A stretch of DNA of 64,000 bases from Gammaproteobacteria bacterium (GCA_965238175.1 CBDEGZ010000003.1:2368001-2432000), one strand, 5' to 3'. Positions 20,544 through 33,792 are shown, counted from the first letter of the stretch. Numbers and translations are program-made. Notes: generated by a model from the sequence alone, not told the origin.

Positions 20544-23500
20544 GCTGCATTTTTTTCAATAAACCGTTCAAGTAGAGAATTAATTTCGTCAAATCTTTTT
20601 GCCGGTTCCGGCATGTCTTTTATTATTCTTAATTTGGTATTTTCCAATTTATAGTTATAGGGTTCGGTCTGTATTAATCGAATAATCAAACTCGGATCAA
20701 TATTTGGTTGTTCGTTAAATATGAAACGCCCACCGCTAGCACCAAAATCTATTTTCTTAATCCCCAGTGGCGTCGCCTTAATTTTAAGCTGCGTCAGTGC
20801 AAACAAGTTCAACGCTTGTTCTGGCATCAAACCAAAACGATCAATTACCTCTTCACGTAACTCATTCAATTCCTGATCATCTTTTGCACTAGCAATGCGT
20901 TTGTACATTATCAACCGTGTATGTACATCCGGCAAGTAGTCTTCAGGTATCAAGGCTGGAGTATGAACGTCAATCTCAGTACCATGATCTAATGGTCGAT
21001 CAAGTTCAGGTTGTCGCCCTTCTTTCATTGCTTTAACCGCGCGTTCCAACATATCTGTGTACATACCAAAACCTATTTCCTGAATATGACCACTTTGATC
21101 ATCACCAAGAATTTCACCCGCACCACGAATTTCCAGATCATGTGTGGCAATGGTAAAACCTACGCCTAAGTCTTCCAAAGATTCAATTGCTTCAAGACGT
21201 TTTCGCGCAACATCCGTCATTCTTTTCACGTCGGGTACAACGAGATACGCATAGGCACGATGATGTGACCGCCCTACTCTTCCACGTAATTGATAGAGCT
21301 GAGCCAGGCCAAATTTATCCGCCCGATTAATAATAATTGTATTCGCACTTGGAATATCAATTCCTGTTTCAATGATCGTACTGCAGACCAGCACATTAAA
21401 ACGACGATGATAAAAATCCTTCATTACCGTTTCTAACTCACGCTCACGCATTTGCCCATGGGCAAAATGAACTCGTGCTTCAGGCACTAGCGCAGCAACT
21501 TCTGTAGCCATTTTTTCGATCGTCTCAACTTTGTTATGTAATAAATAAACCTGACCACCACGACTGATCTCTCGCATGATCGCTTCTTTAATAACATCGT
21601 TTTTCCATTCTCGTACAAAGGTTTTTATCGCCAACCTTCGCGCAGGTGGTGTCGCAATAATAGAAAGTTCTCGGGTACCGGTTAAAGCTAAATTTAAGGA
21701 GCGTGGTATCGGCGTTGCAGTCAATGTCAAAATATCAACTTCTGATCGCATTGATTTCATTCGTTCTTTTTGACGCACTCCGAAACGATGTTCTTCATCG
21801 ATAATCAATAGTCCAAGCTGCTTAAATTTAATATCATTCTGGATCAGTTTATGTGTTCCGATCACTATATCGACATTACCGGAGCCTAACCCGACAATCG
21901 TTTCTTTGGTTAATTTTGAACCACTAAAACGTGAAAGTTGTTCAACTCGAATTGGCCAATCTGCAAATCGATCTTTAAAGTTTTCGAAATGCTGTTGTGC
22001 GAGTAAGGTCGTCGGCACCAAAATCGCAACTTGTTTCCCCGCATTAATCGCGACAAATGCAGCGCGCATCGCAACTTCCGTTTTACCAAAACCCACATCA
22101 CCACAGACGAGACGATCCATCGGACGTTCTCTACGCATATCTTCAAGCACTGCCTCTATAGCCGTTTGTTGATCTGGCGTTTCTTCGAATGGAAATGCTT
22201 GAGAGAAGGTACGATATGCATCTTCATCTATATTAAATGAATACCCTTTGCGTGCTTCTCGACGTGCATAAATTTCAAGCAATTCAGCAGCGACATCATG
22301 CACTCTTTGGGCAGCCTTTGACTTAGCTTTTTGCCACTGACCGCTGCCGAGTTTATGCAACGGTGCATGATCAGGATCAACACCTGAAAAACGGCTGATC
22401 AAATGCAAAGAGGCAACGGGTACAAATAATTTGTCGCCATCGGCATATTCAAGTTCTAAATACTCTTCGGTTATTTCCCCAGTCGTTAACGTAATCAACC
22501 CACGGTAACGTCCTACGCCATGGTCTTCGTGAATGACGGGGGCACCAATGGTGAGTTCCGTGAGGTTTTTTACAATCGCTTCTGGATCGCCACGTCCCGA
22601 ACGACGGCGACGACGTTTTTGTGAAACACGCTCACCAAACATTTGTGGTTCGCTGATTACGGCAATACCTGCAGCATCGATTTGTAAACCTTGTTCAAGC
22701 GAAGTCGCAGTAATACCTACTGTAGCATCACCTTGCAAAAAGTCATGCCAGTCTTCATACACTTCTGGACGAAGATCGTGTCGTCGAAATGTGTCTAACA
22801 AGGTTTCTCTACGACCCGTTGAGTCGGCAGCGATCAGCACTCGTCCATTAAAATTATTCAGATATCGTTTTAATAATCCCAACGGTTCTTCAGCACGTGG
22901 ATCTACCGGGATGTTCATCGGCATACTGGTTGAATAACTAAATCGATTTCCCTTTGAAGCCTGATCCTGATCGGTGTCTAGACCAGCGATCATCACTGAT
23001 GGTTGTTGTTTTATCGATTCGAAGATTTCATTCACGCGTAGCGCGATCATTTCGGGCGGCAGAATTGGTCGAATAGCATCATGTCGAAATTGTTCATATC
23101 GATCAGAAACTTCATCCCAGAAATGTTCAGCCGCTTCTTCCACACGATCATCAAATAAGATCAGTGTCTCTGCAGGAATAAAATCAAATAGAGTACTGGT
23201 CTGATCAAAAAATAGCGGTAGATAATATTCTATCCCCGGCGCAGCCAATCCATCACTGACATCGCGATAGACGGGACAATCTCCAGCCACGCCTTCAAAT
23301 TGATCTCGCCATGCATGTCGAAAATGCGTAATGCCTTCTTCCGTGAGTGGAAATTCGTGACCCGGTAAGATTTCCAATTGTTCTAGTGTTTCTGTCGAAC
23401 GTTGTGTTTCAGGATCAAAATAACGCAGGCTGTCTACCTCATCATCGAATAGATCAATTCTAACTGGCGCGTTACTACCCATTGGAAATACATCAAGTAA

Positions 23501-24025
23501 TGATCCTCGAATAGCAAAATCACCGTGTTCTAAAACTTGTGATACATACCGATAGCCATTAAGTTCGAGTTTTTTTCTGAACGCATCAAGATCAAAGTTA
23601 TCGCCTGTTGCAAGAGAAAAACTATTCGCATGAACATATTCTTTTGGTGGCAAACGGTGCATCAAACTTGAAACAGAGGTAATTAACACTCCTGTTTTGA
23701 TACCCGGTAATTGTGCTAGCGTTGCAAGTCGATCAGAAATTATATCGTGGTAAGGCGAGAATTGATCGTAAGGTAAAGTTTCCCAACTAGGGAATACCTT
23801 TATCGGCAGCCTTATATCCGCCACATAAAATTCAATTTCACTTGCCAGTCTTTCCGCAATTAGATTATCAGCGGTGATAACTAATAACGGTCCATTATGT
23901 TGTTCTAAACTGTTCGCAATAGCCAGCGCTTTACTCGAACCATAAAGATGTGTCCAACGTAGTCGATCACCTTTCTTTCCAGGCAAGGTTGGCCTGAAAG
24001 GAGTTAACAAGTCCTGTTCCGTCAT
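20540..24025 (-). CDS. mfd: Transcription-repair coupling factor
   Basis: WETLPYD.FSP, CarD-like [35 protein letters not shown] domain. Confidence 0.99.
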   Translation of the reverse strand: MTEQDLLTPFRPTLPGKKGDRLRWTHLYGSSKALAIANSLEQHNGPLLVITADNLIAERLASEIEFYVADIRLPIKVFPSWETLPYDQFSPYHDIISDRLATLAQLPGIKTGVLITSVSSLMHRLPPKEYVHANSFSLATGDNFDLDAFRKKLELNGYRYVSQVLEHGDFAIRGSLLDVFPMGSNAPVRIDLFDDEVDSLRYFDPETQRSTETLEQLEILPGHEFPLTEEGITHFRHAWRDQFEGVAGDCPVYRDVSDGLAAPGIEYYLPLFFDQTSTLFDFIPAETLILFDDRVEEAAEHFWDEVSDRYEQFRHDAIRPILPPEMIALRVNEIFESIKQQPSVMIAGLDTDQDQASKGNRFSYSTSMPMNIPVDPRAEEPLGLLKRYLNNFNGRVLIAADSTGRRETLLDTFRRHDLRPEVYEDWHDFLQGDATVGITATSLEQGLQIDAAGIAVISEPQMFGERVSQKRRRRRSGRGDPEAIVKNLTELTIGAPVIHEDHGVGRYRGLITLTTGEITEEYLELEYADGDKLFVPVASLHLISRFSGVDPDHAPLHKLGSGQWQKAKSKAAQRVHDVAAELLEIYARREARKGYSFNIDEDAYRTFSQAFPFEETPDQQTAIEAVLEDMRRERPMDRLVCGDVGFGKTEVAMRAAFVAINAGKQVAILVPTTLLAQQHFENFKDRFADWPIRVEQLSRFSGSKLTKETIVGLGSGNVDIVIGTHKLIQNDIKFKQLGLLIIDEEHRFGVRQKERMKSMRSEVDILTLTATPIPRSLNLALTGTRELSIIATPPARRLAIKTFVREWKNDVIKEAIMREISRGGQVYLLHNKVETIEKMATEVAALVPEARVHFAHGQMRERELETVMKDFYHRRFNVLVCSTIIETGIDIPSANTIIINRADKFGLAQLYQLRGRVGRSHHRAYAYLVVPDVKRMTDVARKRLEAIESLEDLGVGFTIATHDLEIRGAGEILGDDQSGHIQEIGFGMYTDMLERAVKAMKEGRQPELDRPLDHGTEIDVHTPALIPEDYLPDVHTRLIMYKRIASAKDDQELNELREEVIDRFGLMPEQALNLFALTQLKIKATPLGIKKIDFGASGGRFIFNEQPNIDPSLIIRLIQTEPYNYKLENTKLRIIKDMPEPAKRFDEINSLLERFIEKNAA

Positions 24026-24747
24026 AGCTTTATAGCGTTAGAAATTTTTTCCAAAGCCGCTGCGGGATTTTCGGCTTGCGTGATAGGTCTTCCGATCACT
24101 AAATAATCTGAGCCATTTTTGATCGCATCTTCCGGTGTCATTATTCGAGTTTGATCATCCTGACTACTACCGGCTGGTCTCACTCCTGGTGTAACCAACG
24201 TGAAATCCTGTCCACAAGATCCTCGTAGTAGTGTGGTTTCCAATGGTGAACAAACCACCCCATCCAAACCACAAGATTTGGATAGGTTTGCTAATCTATT
24301 CACAGCCTCTTCTGGTGATCCCTTGATACCTATTTCTTGTAATTCGCTTGCGGAAAGGCTGGTTAGTACCGTCACTCCGATCAATAATGGTCGCTTCTCA
24401 TAAGGCTCTAGAGCTTCATGTGCAGCCGTCATCATACTGCGGCCACCACTCGCGTGAACATTAACCATCCAGACGCCTAATTCTGCTGCAGCTGTACATG
24501 CTTTGGCCACGGTATTCGGAATATCATGAAATTTCAGATCAAGAAAAACATCAAATCCCATACCCACGAATCGTTCCACCAACTTTGGGCCAGCATTGGT
24601 AAACAGTTCTTTACCTACTTTAATACGACATTTTTGTGGATCAAGCTGCAACACAAATGACAAGGCTGTTCCCATATTATTGAAATCGAGAGCTATTATT
24701 ATTTTAGAATGGTTTACTTTAGAATGGTTTATTTCAGAATCACTCAC
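24022..24747 (-). CDS. pyrF: Orotidine-5'-phosphate decarboxylase
   Basis: [32 protein letters not shown]. Confidence 0.98.
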   Translation of the reverse strand: MSDSEINHSKVNHSKIIIALDFNNMGTALSFVLQLDPQKCRIKVGKELFTNAGPKLVERFVGMGFDVFLDLKFHDIPNTVAKACTAAAELGVWMVNVHASGGRSMMTAAHEALEPYEKRPLLIGVTVLTSLSASELQEIGIKGSPEEAVNRLANLSKSCGLDGVVCSPLETTLLRGSCGQDFTLVTPGVRPAGSSQDDQTRIMTPEDAIKNGSDYLVIGRPITQAENPAAALEKISNAIKL

Positions 24748-25924
24748 TTATTATTCCTTGTATCGGTTTAATCGTATCCCAGTTTTTACACGCAGGACAT
24801 TGCCAGTATATTGAACGCGCACTGTACCCACAGTGGTTACACTTGCACGCGGTTTTTACCTCTACCAGTTTTTCAGTTAATCTTTTAAAGCATTTTAATT
24901 TACTTTTGTCAGCTTGTTCCTCTTCCGGCATAAGTGAAAGATCAACTAATCGATCAAGCATCCTCACCGAGGGTTGCTGATCAATTTTACCCACCAAAAA
25001 ACGAATAGCACTTTCACCACCTTCATTTTCTTCAATAAAATCTGATAATTCTATAATCTGATTTGTTCCAGCTTGTGTGGCAGGCAGCTTACGTAAATAC
25101 TCAAGGAACTCATCACTTTTACCCAATTCACGGTAACAAGTTTTCATATATGTTAGGACTTCACTGACAAATTCAGGCGCTTGTTTTTCTATCCTTCTAA
25201 ACGCTTTGATGGCTGCATTGTAATTGCCTTGTTCCATTTCGAACTGACCTTCAATAATGCTCGCGTGTACAGAACCCGGATCTTCTTTTAGAGATTTTTT
25301 GATCAATTCTCGCACTAGTTTCTCATCTTTGTCCGTTGTAAAAACCTTTTCTGCCTTTTCACAGTAATAATGTGCGATACGTTTATTGAGTTTTTCAGAA
25401 GAATTTTGCTGCCAGATCCTGGCACACTCGATGGTTTTGTCCCAATCATTTTCTTCTTCATAAATTTCTACAAGATAACGAGCTGCTCTTGATTTATACG
25501 GCGTTGCTAATAGACCTTCAAACAGAACTTCAGCTCGATCAAGTAAGCCCGAGCGTAAATAATCAACACCAAGTTCAATTAGCGCTTGAGATCGTTGCTC
25601 GCCACTTAAGGAAGGTCTTGCAATGAGATTTTGATGAATACGGATCGCACGATCCACTTCACCGCGGCGGCGAAATAAATTACCTAGCGCCAGATGAACT
25701 TCGACTGTTTCACTATCAACTTCAAGTAGTTTTAGAAAGACTTCAATCGCCTTATCAGGTTGTTCATTAATGATGTATCGCAGCCCCTTATAATATTCAG
25801 GTGCAACATCATCTACATATGAACCGGATTCTTTCCTATATTTTTTACGCGCTATCCACCAACTTGTTCCAGCAGCAATCGGCAATAACAGGAACAACAG
25901 TCCTGCAAAGAAATTAGTCGGCAT
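24740..25924 (-). CDS. lapB: LPS assembly protein LapB
   Basis: N-terminal TM; [21 protein letters not shown]; C-terminal C..CG...WQCP.C rubredoxin. Confidence 0.96.
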   Translation of the reverse strand: MPTNFFAGLLFLLLPIAAGTSWWIARKKYRKESGSYVDDVAPEYYKGLRYIINEQPDKAIEVFLKLLEVDSETVEVHLALGNLFRRRGEVDRAIRIHQNLIARPSLSGEQRSQALIELGVDYLRSGLLDRAEVLFEGLLATPYKSRAARYLVEIYEEENDWDKTIECARIWQQNSSEKLNKRIAHYYCEKAEKVFTTDKDEKLVRELIKKSLKEDPGSVHASIIEGQFEMEQGNYNAAIKAFRRIEKQAPEFVSEVLTYMKTCYRELGKSDEFLEYLRKLPATQAGTNQIIELSDFIEENEGGESAIRFLVGKIDQQPSVRMLDRLVDLSLMPEEEQADKSKLKCFKRLTEKLVEVKTACKCNHCGYSARSIYWQCPACKNWDTIKPIQGIISE

Positions 25925-26207
25925 CCTTTAAAGGAATTGATCTTAAATTTGATACTTCCTGCTCAGCTGCTTTTACGGCTTTGTTAAGTTTTGATTTTTC
26001 ACGCATCAAAGGAATAATCATGCTCATACTTGCAATCATTCCAAGTACGACGCCAACAATAAGCGAAAAAATGACAACAAGAGATTTAGCTATTTCGATT
26101 TCACCCAGATAATATTTAATAGTAATTAGATCAGGATTTTGCTGGTAGAAAGAAAAACCTATAACGACAATTATAATAATAAAGATGAATTTCAGGAATC
26201 CAATCAT
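25914..26207 (-). CDS. lapA: LapA-family membrane protein
   Basis: Two TM segments plus coiled tail, between ihfB and lapB. Confidence 0.85.
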   Translation of the reverse strand: MIGFLKFIFIIIIVVIGFSFYQQNPDLITIKYYLGEIEIAKSLVVIFSLIVGVVLGMIASMSMIIPLMREKSKLNKAVKAAEQEVSNLRSIPLKDAD

Positions 26208-26332
26208 CAGCTCCCTCCGCTTTGATTTTTTTTAATACGACAACCCGCTAATTTTAAGGCTGTGTCATAGTTAGTGCATGTTTAAGTTTACCAGATAACG
26301 AAGATAACTAGACATCCGTATTTATAGTTAGT

Positions 26333-26626
26333 TTAACTTTTATTGACTGAATCATTTACCCGTTCACGTAACTCTTTACCAGGCTTAAAATGTGGGACAT
26401 GCTTGCCTGGTAGTGATACTTGTTCGCCTGATTTTGGATTACGTCCAACTCGGGGCGGCCGATAATGTAAAGAAAAACTACCAAATCCACGTATTTCGAT
26501 ACGCTCCCCGCTTGCGAGCGTGTTAGCCATATGCTCCAGCATGCTTTTCACTGCAAGTTCAACATCGTTGTATCTTAACTGAGGCTGTTTGCTCACAAGA
26601 ATGTCTATCAATTCTGATTTTGTCAT
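26333..26626 (-). CDS. ihfB: Integration host factor beta
   Basis: [35 protein letters not shown]. Confidence 0.98.
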   Translation of the reverse strand: MTKSELIDILVSKQPQLRYNDVELAVKSMLEHMANTLASGERIEIRGFGSFSLHYRPPRVGRNPKSGEQVSLPGKHVPHFKPGKELRERVNDSVNKS

Positions 26627-26717
26627 TTCTTATTCTCTAGATTTAATTCTGAACTGTATTTTCCAATATGAAACTGAGTGGATTCAGTCTAATAAATCCA
26701 CCCAGTTTACATATAGT

Positions 26718-28388
26718 TTATTTATTATCCATTTGCTCTTTCAATAAATCACCTATTGTGGTTGCGCCAGCATCTGGGCTGGAGCTGTACTCTTTAATTG
26801 AAGCTTTTTCATCTTTGGAATCTTTCGCACTAATAGAAAGGTTAATAGATCGTTTCTTGCGATCAACGCCAACAAGCATCGCTTCAATCTCATCACCTTC
26901 TTTCATTAGTTTGCGAGCATCATCAACTGGATCAAGCGACATTTCGGAAGCTCTCATATAAGCGATAACACCTTCAGCCAATTCAATTTCAGCACCACGT
27001 GCATCAACTTCAACTACCTTGCCCGTAACAACTTCACCCTTTGGATGTTCATTCATATAATCGCTGATCGGATCACCATCAAGCTGTTTAATACCTAATG
27101 AAATACGCTCTCTTTCAGCATCAATTGCAATAATGACGGTCTCAAGTTCATCACCTTTATTATAATTACGGGCAATATCTTCACCGGAATCATTCCAGGA
27201 AATATCAGAGAGATGAACCAAACCATCGATACCACCTTCAAGACCAATGAATACACCAAAATCTGTAATTGATTTGATCGCACCAACAACTTTATCACCA
27301 CGAACATGGGTTGCAGCAAACTCATCCCAGGGATTTGCTTGACACTGTTTCATACCCAGTGAAATACGTCGTCTTTCTTCATCAATATCCAAAACAGCGA
27401 CTTCAACTTCTTGTCCAAGATGAACCAGTTTTGAAGGATGAACGTTTTTATTGGTCCAATCCATTTCAGAAACGTGAACAAGGCCTTCAACACCTTCTTC
27501 AATTTCAACAAAACAACCATAATCGGCCAAATTGCTAACCTTTCCAGTTAAACGGAAACCTTCTGGATAACGTCTGGAAATGTCGACCCAAGGATCTTCA
27601 CCCAGTTGTTTCAAACCCAGAGATACACGGGTTTTTTCTTTGTCATACTTAAGTACTTTGACTTGAATTTCATCACCCATTGTTACCACTTCACTTGGAT
27701 GACTAACACGTTTCCATGCCATATCTGTAATATGTAACAAGCCGTCTATACCACCTAAATCAACAAATGCACCATAGTCAGTCAAGTTCTTAACAAGACC
27801 TTTAATCGTCATGCCTTCAGTCAAACTATTCAGTAGTTCTTCACGATCGGCGGAGCTTTCACTTTCAACTACTGCACGACGCGAAACAACAACGTTATTA
27901 CGTTTTTGATCAACTTTAACGACTTTGAATTCAAGCGGTTTACCTTCCAGATAACTTGTGTCTCTGACTGGACGTACATCTACCAAAGAACCCGGCAAGA
28001 AAGCGCGGATATTAAGAATGTCAACTGTGAAACCACCTTTGACTTTATCTGTGATAATACCGGTGACGGTTTCATTATCTTCCTGAGCTTTTTCAAGATT
28101 GATCCAAGCCATCGCACGTTTCGCTTTTTCACGCGATAAACGAGTGGCCCCATAACCATCTTCAAATGCTTCCAAAGCAACATCGACTTGATCGCCGACT
28201 TCAACTTCCAGTTCTCCTTGTTCATCATAAAACTGTTCCGTTGGGATCATTCCCTCAGATTTCAGCCCGGCATTGATGACAATGAACTTTGATCCTATTT
28301 CCAACACAGTGCCGGTAACAATAGCACCTGTATTTATTTTTAATTCATTTTGACTTTCTTCGAATAATTCCGCGAAACTTTCAGACAT
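26718..28388 (-). CDS. rpsA: 30S ribosomal protein S1
   Basis: [12 protein letters not shown]; six S1 domains (e.g. [21 protein letters not shown]). Confidence 0.99.
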   Translation of the reverse strand: MSESFAELFEESQNELKINTGAIVTGTVLEIGSKFIVINAGLKSEGMIPTEQFYDEQGELEVEVGDQVDVALEAFEDGYGATRLSREKAKRAMAWINLEKAQEDNETVTGIITDKVKGGFTVDILNIRAFLPGSLVDVRPVRDTSYLEGKPLEFKVVKVDQKRNNVVVSRRAVVESESSADREELLNSLTEGMTIKGLVKNLTDYGAFVDLGGIDGLLHITDMAWKRVSHPSEVVTMGDEIQVKVLKYDKEKTRVSLGLKQLGEDPWVDISRRYPEGFRLTGKVSNLADYGCFVEIEEGVEGLVHVSEMDWTNKNVHPSKLVHLGQEVEVAVLDIDEERRRISLGMKQCQANPWDEFAATHVRGDKVVGAIKSITDFGVFIGLEGGIDGLVHLSDISWNDSGEDIARNYNKGDELETVIIAIDAERERISLGIKQLDGDPISDYMNEHPKGEVVTGKVVEVDARGAEIELAEGVIAYMRASEMSLDPVDDARKLMKEGDEIEAMLVGVDRKKRSINLSISAKDSKDEKASIKEYSSSPDAGATTIGDLLKEQMDNK

Positions 28389-28561
28389 GGTTAGTTAGAC
28401 TCCAGATCTGGCCTGTGATGCCAAATCCCCTTCCGTATAAAACGGTTTGTAGTTAAAAAAATGACTAAACTTCTGTTGTTCAGCCAACCTATTTACATAC
28501 GTAATTTATGTATGCATGATTTAATATTTACTGCTTACTCTTAACCTGAAATACCTTATTG

Positions 28562-30604
28562 CTACATTCCATACTTCGCAATCAATGACATGACTTTAGC
28601 TTCAACGTCATCAATACCCAAATTGCTAGTATCAATTACGATAGCATCGTCCGCTGGTTTTAGCGGTGCTATCTGACGTTGGCTGTCACGTTCATCTCGC
28701 TCAGCTATCTCGGCAAGAAGCTGCGCGACAGTAACATTATTCCCTATGTCTTTCAACTGCTTATATCGTCTTTTGGCCCTTATATCCGGACTTGCAGTTA
28801 GATAGATTTTCAGATCTGCTTGCGGGAAAACAACGGTTCCCATATCACGACCATCTGCAATCAAACCAGGTGCTTTTTGAAATGCTTTTTGGCGTTCATA
28901 TAACGCCGCTCGCACTTCCGGAATGACAGCGATTTTAGAGGCTAAATTACCTGCTGTTTCGGTGCGGATTTGATCAGTTACGTCCTTCCCATTAAGCAAT
29001 ATAGACACCAATTCGCCGGAGTTAATGAAAGAAAGATCCATATTCAACGCTTCTTTAGTTATCCGTTCAAGATCATCTAAGGTAATATTCTTATCAGAAA
29101 TAATTAATCCTAATATACGATAAAGTGAACCACTATCTAGTAAATGCCATCCTAACTGTTCAGCTAAACGTCCGCATAAGGTCCCTTTTCCTGTACCACT
29201 GGGACCATCGACTGCAATGACAGGGAAAGATTTTGTAGCATTTACTGCAGAGATATTTAAACCTGCAGACTTGGCCAGATCAGAAAATTCGGGAAAAGAA
29301 GTTGCCACATTGTCACAATCTTGAATTTTGATCGTCCCCTTTGCACGCAAAGCAGCGACTGCGAATGACATAGCAATTCTGTGATCACCATGACTTTCAA
29401 TAACACCACCTTCAATATCACCTCCTTGAATGATCATCCCGTCAGGCAAAGCCTCAACATCTACCCCTAATCGTAAAAGCCCCTCTTCCATCACCGCAAT
29501 CCGATCACTTTCCTTGATCCGCATCTCTGCCGCACCACGTAAAATGGTTGTTCCTTTTGCACATGCTGCAGCAATAAAAATCGCTGGGAATTCATCAATT
29601 GCTATCGGAACAAATTCAGGAGGAATAGTAATACCCTTTAATTCTGAACTTTTAATCTGTAGATCAGCAACGGGTTCACCACCCGCCTGGTATTCACGTA
29701 AGATCTGAATATCCGCACCCATCAGTTTGAGAATTTTGATCACACCATCACGTGTCGGGTTAATACCCACATTTTCTAAGATCAGATCGGAACCTTGCGC
29801 AATACACGCCCCAATAATAAAAAATGCAGCGGATGAAACATCACCAGGAACAACAATGGATTGTGCAGTCAATTTTCCACCGCCAGATAAACTCGCCGAT
29901 ATTTTTTTATCCGAATTTTCACCATAGGTTATAGGATAGCCAAAACCTTCAAGCATCCTTTCAGTATGATCGCGTAAGATACCTTTCTCATTAATTTTGG
30001 TTTCGCCTTCGGCATACAAGCCGGCCAGCAAAAGCGCAGATTTTACTTGTGCGCTGGCGACCGGTAGATCGTAAATAATCCCTCTTAGTTTTTGATCTTC
30101 GTTGATTTGAACATCATTATTTTGATCATTTTTTTTCTGAATTGATTTGATTCGAACTGGGGGACTTCCATCTGACTCACAACTAATATTGGCCCCCATT
30201 GAATTCAATGGATCGGTCACACGTAGCATCGGTCGTTTGGAAAGAGATCCATCACCGGTGAGTTCAACATCGAAAGATTGACCTGCCAGTAGACCACTTA
30301 GCAGACGCATAGAAGTGCCTGAGTTTCCAATATATAGAGCATTCTCAGGTGCTTTCAATCCATTTAAACCAACACCGTGAATGACCACTTCGCCTTTTGC
30401 AGGTCGCTCTATAACAACTCCCATTGCCTCAAAAGCAGCTAATGTTGCCAGCGTATCTTCTGCTTCTAAGAACCCGCTAATATGTGTTGTTCCTTCCGCA
30501 ACTGCACCCAACATGATCGCGCGATGGGAGATAGATTTATCGCCAGGTATTTGGATCGATCCTTTTAAACTTCCACCGGGATAAACTATTAACTCACTCA
30601 CCAT
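28562..30604 (-). CDS. aroA: Fused EPSP synthase / cytidylate kinase (AroA-Cmk)
   Basis: PGDKSISHR, GNSGT, KESDRI, DHRIAM, then in frame VIAVDGPSGTGKGT, LDSG.LYR, ADGRDMGTVVFP. Confidence 0.95.
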   Translation of the reverse strand: MVSELIVYPGGSLKGSIQIPGDKSISHRAIMLGAVAEGTTHISGFLEAEDTLATLAAFEAMGVVIERPAKGEVVIHGVGLNGLKAPENALYIGNSGTSMRLLSGLLAGQSFDVELTGDGSLSKRPMLRVTDPLNSMGANISCESDGSPPVRIKSIQKKNDQNNDVQINEDQKLRGIIYDLPVASAQVKSALLLAGLYAEGETKINEKGILRDHTERMLEGFGYPITYGENSDKKISASLSGGGKLTAQSIVVPGDVSSAAFFIIGACIAQGSDLILENVGINPTRDGVIKILKLMGADIQILREYQAGGEPVADLQIKSSELKGITIPPEFVPIAIDEFPAIFIAAACAKGTTILRGAAEMRIKESDRIAVMEEGLLRLGVDVEALPDGMIIQGGDIEGGVIESHGDHRIAMSFAVAALRAKGTIKIQDCDNVATSFPEFSDLAKSAGLNISAVNATKSFPVIAVDGPSGTGKGTLCGRLAEQLGWHLLDSGSLYRILGLIISDKNITLDDLERITKEALNMDLSFINSGELVSILLNGKDVTDQIRTETAGNLASKIAVIPEVRAALYERQKAFQKAPGLIADGRDMGTVVFPQADLKIYLTASPDIRAKRRYKQLKDIGNNVTVAQLLAEIAERDERDSQRQIAPLKPADDAIVIDTSNLGIDDVEAKVMSLIAKYGM

Positions 30605-30609
30605 CTTGC

Positions 30610-31530
30610 TTATTCTTCGCCTTGTTCCATATCAGGTTTATCTTGATCTTTCTGGTGTCGCATCTGACGATTATCGGCAAATTCGTCGCGTGCCTTTTTA
30701 GCCTCAGTCATCATTTTCATCACAAATTCGTTGTCATTATTTCGCAATGCTTCCTTCAATTCATCAATACTATTTTCATAGCGTTCTAGTAACTGTAATA
30801 CTGCATCACGATTGGTAAAAACAATGTCATGCCACATTTGTGGGCTACTTGAGGCGATCCGGGTGAAATCAGCAAAACCACCTGCAGCAAAGCGAAATAC
30901 ATCACCCGATTCTTCCATTTTCGACAAGGTATTAACAAGTGAATAGGCCATCACATGGGGAAGGTGGCTGGTCGCAGCCAACACTTCGTCATGACGATTT
31001 ACGTCCATAAAGTCAACAGCCGCACCGGCCAGTTCCCAAATTCGGTGAACTTTATCGAGTGCTTCTGGTGATGTTTCTTTCACAGGCGTAAGGATCACAC
31101 GGTGGTTGTCATATAGTTCAGCAAAACTGGCATCGACACCACTTTTCTCTGTTCCAGCAATCGGGTGACCTGGAACAAATTGTGGAAATTTATCGCCCAA
31201 ATGTTGGCGAGCAGAATCAACAACGCTGCCTTTCACACTTCCTGCATCAGTAACAATCGTATCCGATCCTAAACTGGGTTTTATTTGTGCAAAGATTTGA
31301 TCACAAGCACCAAGAGGAATAGAAATTAAAACCAGATCTGCACCTCTAACGGCCTCAGAAGGATCTGTTGAAAAATCATGGATCACACCCAGCTTAACAG
31401 CTTTTTCCAGCTCAAAAATTGATCGTGCACAACCGGTTACACGTTCGCAAACGCCCGCTCTTTGTAGCGCCCTCGAAAACGAACCTCCAATCAGACCAAT
31501 GCCGATAATCGTCAGGTGTTTAATTTTCAT
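30610..31530 (-). CDS. tyrA: Prephenate/arogenate dehydrogenase
   Basis: GIGLIGGS, DAGSVK, GHPIAGTEKSG, SHLPH, FTRIASS. Confidence 0.93.
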   Translation of the reverse strand: MKIKHLTIIGIGLIGGSFSRALQRAGVCERVTGCARSIFELEKAVKLGVIHDFSTDPSEAVRGADLVLISIPLGACDQIFAQIKPSLGSDTIVTDAGSVKGSVVDSARQHLGDKFPQFVPGHPIAGTEKSGVDASFAELYDNHRVILTPVKETSPEALDKVHRIWELAGAAVDFMDVNRHDEVLAATSHLPHVMAYSLVNTLSKMEESGDVFRFAAGGFADFTRIASSSPQMWHDIVFTNRDAVLQLLERYENSIDELKEALRNNDNEFVMKMMTEAKKARDEFADNRQMRHQKDQDKPDMEQGEE

Positions 31531-31577
31531 ACTGATAGTTAATACTTATAATTATTGCTTATGGTTGTTTGAGAACA

Positions 31578-32678
31578 TCAGCCAAGGACATCACTTAAGG
31601 CTTGAATAAAACGGCTATTTTCTTTTTCTATTCCAATCGTAACTCGCAAATAATTCGGCATTCCATAAACATCTACCGGCCTGACGATAACCCCTTTATG
31701 CAACAAGGCTTGATAAATTTCCATGCCCGATTGATCAAATTCGACACAAATAAAATTCCCAACTGAAGGAATATAATTCAAGCCCATTTTTTCAAACGCT
31801 GTGGCTAGTTGCACCATGCCTGAGGCATTAGTTTCGAGACTTTCATTTATATGAGAATAATCCTGCAATGCCGCTTCTGCAGCTGCAAGTGCCAGTGAAT
31901 TTGAGTTAAAAGGCTGACGAACACGATTCAACAATTCAGCGACTTGTGGATGGGAAATGCCGTAACCTATTCTCAATCCCGCCAAACCGTGAATTTTGGA
32001 AAATGTGCGTGTGACGATCAAATTCTGGTAGTGATCTAACCATTTTATGGAATCTGGATAATTATCCTCATTAACATATTCAAAATAGGCTTCATCAATC
32101 AACACCAGCACATGAGAAGGAATGGATGAAACAAAATCGTGTAAGGATCCAGATTCCAACCAAGTACCAGTAGGATTGTTCGGATTCGCAACAAAGATTA
32201 AACGTGTTTTATCTGTCACTGCATCTCGCATTGCATTGAGATCGTGGCCCCACTTTTTAGCCTGCGTCACAACAGCTTTTGCACCAACAGCTTGAGTCAA
32301 TATTGGATAAACAGCGAACGCATGTTCTGAAAAAATAATTTCATTGTCTGGCGTTACAAAAGTCCTCGCAACCAGTTCAAGTATCTCACTCGATCCATTA
32401 CCTAATGTAATGCTTTCACTTTTGATCTCTAGTTGTTTTGCGATAAGTTGTTTTAATTTATAGCCGCTTCCATCTGGGTAACGTGCAGCTTCTTGATCGC
32501 AAGAATGTATAACTTCGATTGCTAACTTTCCGGGACCTAGTGGGTTTTCATTAGAAGCTAGTTTTACAACATCCGTAACGCCATATTCCCTTTCGAGTTC
32601 TTCTATCGGTTTTCCAGCCTGATAAGGATGTAGTCCTGCAACGCCCGGCGCAGTAAGTGAAAGAAAATCCATCGCCAT
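31578..32678 (-). CDS. hisC: Histidinol-phosphate/aromatic aminotransferase
   Basis: KLASNENP, NPNNPTG, DEAY, RTFSK..GLAGLR. Confidence 0.95.
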   Translation of the reverse strand: MAMDFLSLTAPGVAGLHPYQAGKPIEELEREYGVTDVVKLASNENPLGPGKLAIEVIHSCDQEAARYPDGSGYKLKQLIAKQLEIKSESITLGNGSSEILELVARTFVTPDNEIIFSEHAFAVYPILTQAVGAKAVVTQAKKWGHDLNAMRDAVTDKTRLIFVANPNNPTGTWLESGSLHDFVSSIPSHVLVLIDEAYFEYVNEDNYPDSIKWLDHYQNLIVTRTFSKIHGLAGLRIGYGISHPQVAELLNRVRQPFNSNSLALAAAEAALQDYSHINESLETNASGMVQLATAFEKMGLNYIPSVGNFICVEFDQSGMEIYQALLHKGVIVRPVDVYGMPNYLRVTIGIEKENSRFIQALSDVLG

Positions 32679-32694
32679 AACTAGACTCTAAACC

Positions 32695-33792
32695 TCACAA
32701 AACTGCTTTGGGGTACGAACCTAATACCTTCAACATAGAAGTGTGCGCTTTTAGATCATCCAATGCTTTAGAAATTTGCTCATTTTCAATATGGCCGACA
32801 ATATCAACAAAAAACAGGTACTCCCACATTTCTTGACGTGAAGGACGAGACTCAATTTTCGCTAGGCTAATTTGATACTTATCAAATACAGCTAAGGTAT
32901 GGAAAAGTGCACCCGGTTTATTTTGGGTTGAAAATAATAAAGAGGTTTTATCCTCACTGGTTGAGGGTACTCCTTTCGCACCAACGATCAAAAATCGGGT
33001 CGTATTCGTTGATTCATCTTCGATATTAGTAACTAGCTTTTCCAACCCATATAGATCAGCTGCAGATTCACCAGCGATGGCAGCCATACTTGATTGCCCA
33101 ACTTCTGGGTTTGCAACTTGCCTTGCTGCCTCAGCATTACTACTCACCGAAATTCTTTCCGTATTGGGTAGATTATGATTAAGCCACTGACGACATTGAG
33201 CTAATGCTTGTTGATGTGCGATCACTGTTTTTATGTTTTGCAGATCCGTTTCATTAGTCAACAAATGATGATGGATCCTCAAAGCAACCTCACCACAAAT
33301 TTTTAGCGACGAACCAATAAAACTATCTAGCGTGTGATTGATTACACCCTCAATGGAGTTTTCAACTGGCACGACACCGTAATCACAACTTCCAGCTTCA
33401 ACTTCTCGAAAGACCTCATCTATGACATCAAAAGGCTCTGTTTGTATTGAATGCCCAAAGTGCTTTAGCGCAGCGCCTTGTGTAAATGTTCCAGCGGGTC
33501 CTAAATAAGCAATCTTGAGTGGTTTTTCAAGTGCTAGACAAGCAGAAATGATCTCACGGAATAATCTCGCCATTTCTTCATCAGCAAGCGGCCCGGCGTT
33601 TTTATCCAGAATGCGACGGAGAATTGAGGCTTCACGATCGGGTCGATAATACCCACCTTGTTTTGGTGGTTCGCCTTTGGCCTTCGCAACTTCTTCGGCT
33701 AAACGTGCACGTTCACTGATTAATTCCAGCAGACTATTATCAATCTCATCTATTTTAATGCGGAGTTGATTTAGGCGTTCTTCGTCTGTCAT
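32695..33792 (-). CDS. pheA: Chorismate mutase / prephenate dehydratase (P-protein)
   Basis: N-terminal CM, YLGPAGTF, VPVENS.EG, NTTRF, ACT domain with IESRP. Confidence 0.97.
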   Translation of the reverse strand: MTDEERLNQLRIKIDEIDNSLLELISERARLAEEVAKAKGEPPKQGGYYRPDREASILRRILDKNAGPLADEEMARLFREIISACLALEKPLKIAYLGPAGTFTQGAALKHFGHSIQTEPFDVIDEVFREVEAGSCDYGVVPVENSIEGVINHTLDSFIGSSLKICGEVALRIHHHLLTNETDLQNIKTVIAHQQALAQCRQWLNHNLPNTERISVSSNAEAARQVANPEVGQSSMAAIAGESAADLYGLEKLVTNIEDESTNTTRFLIVGAKGVPSTSEDKTSLLFSTQNKPGALFHTLAVFDKYQISLAKIESRPSRQEMWEYLFFVDIVGHIENEQISKALDDLKAHTSMLKVLGSYPKAVL

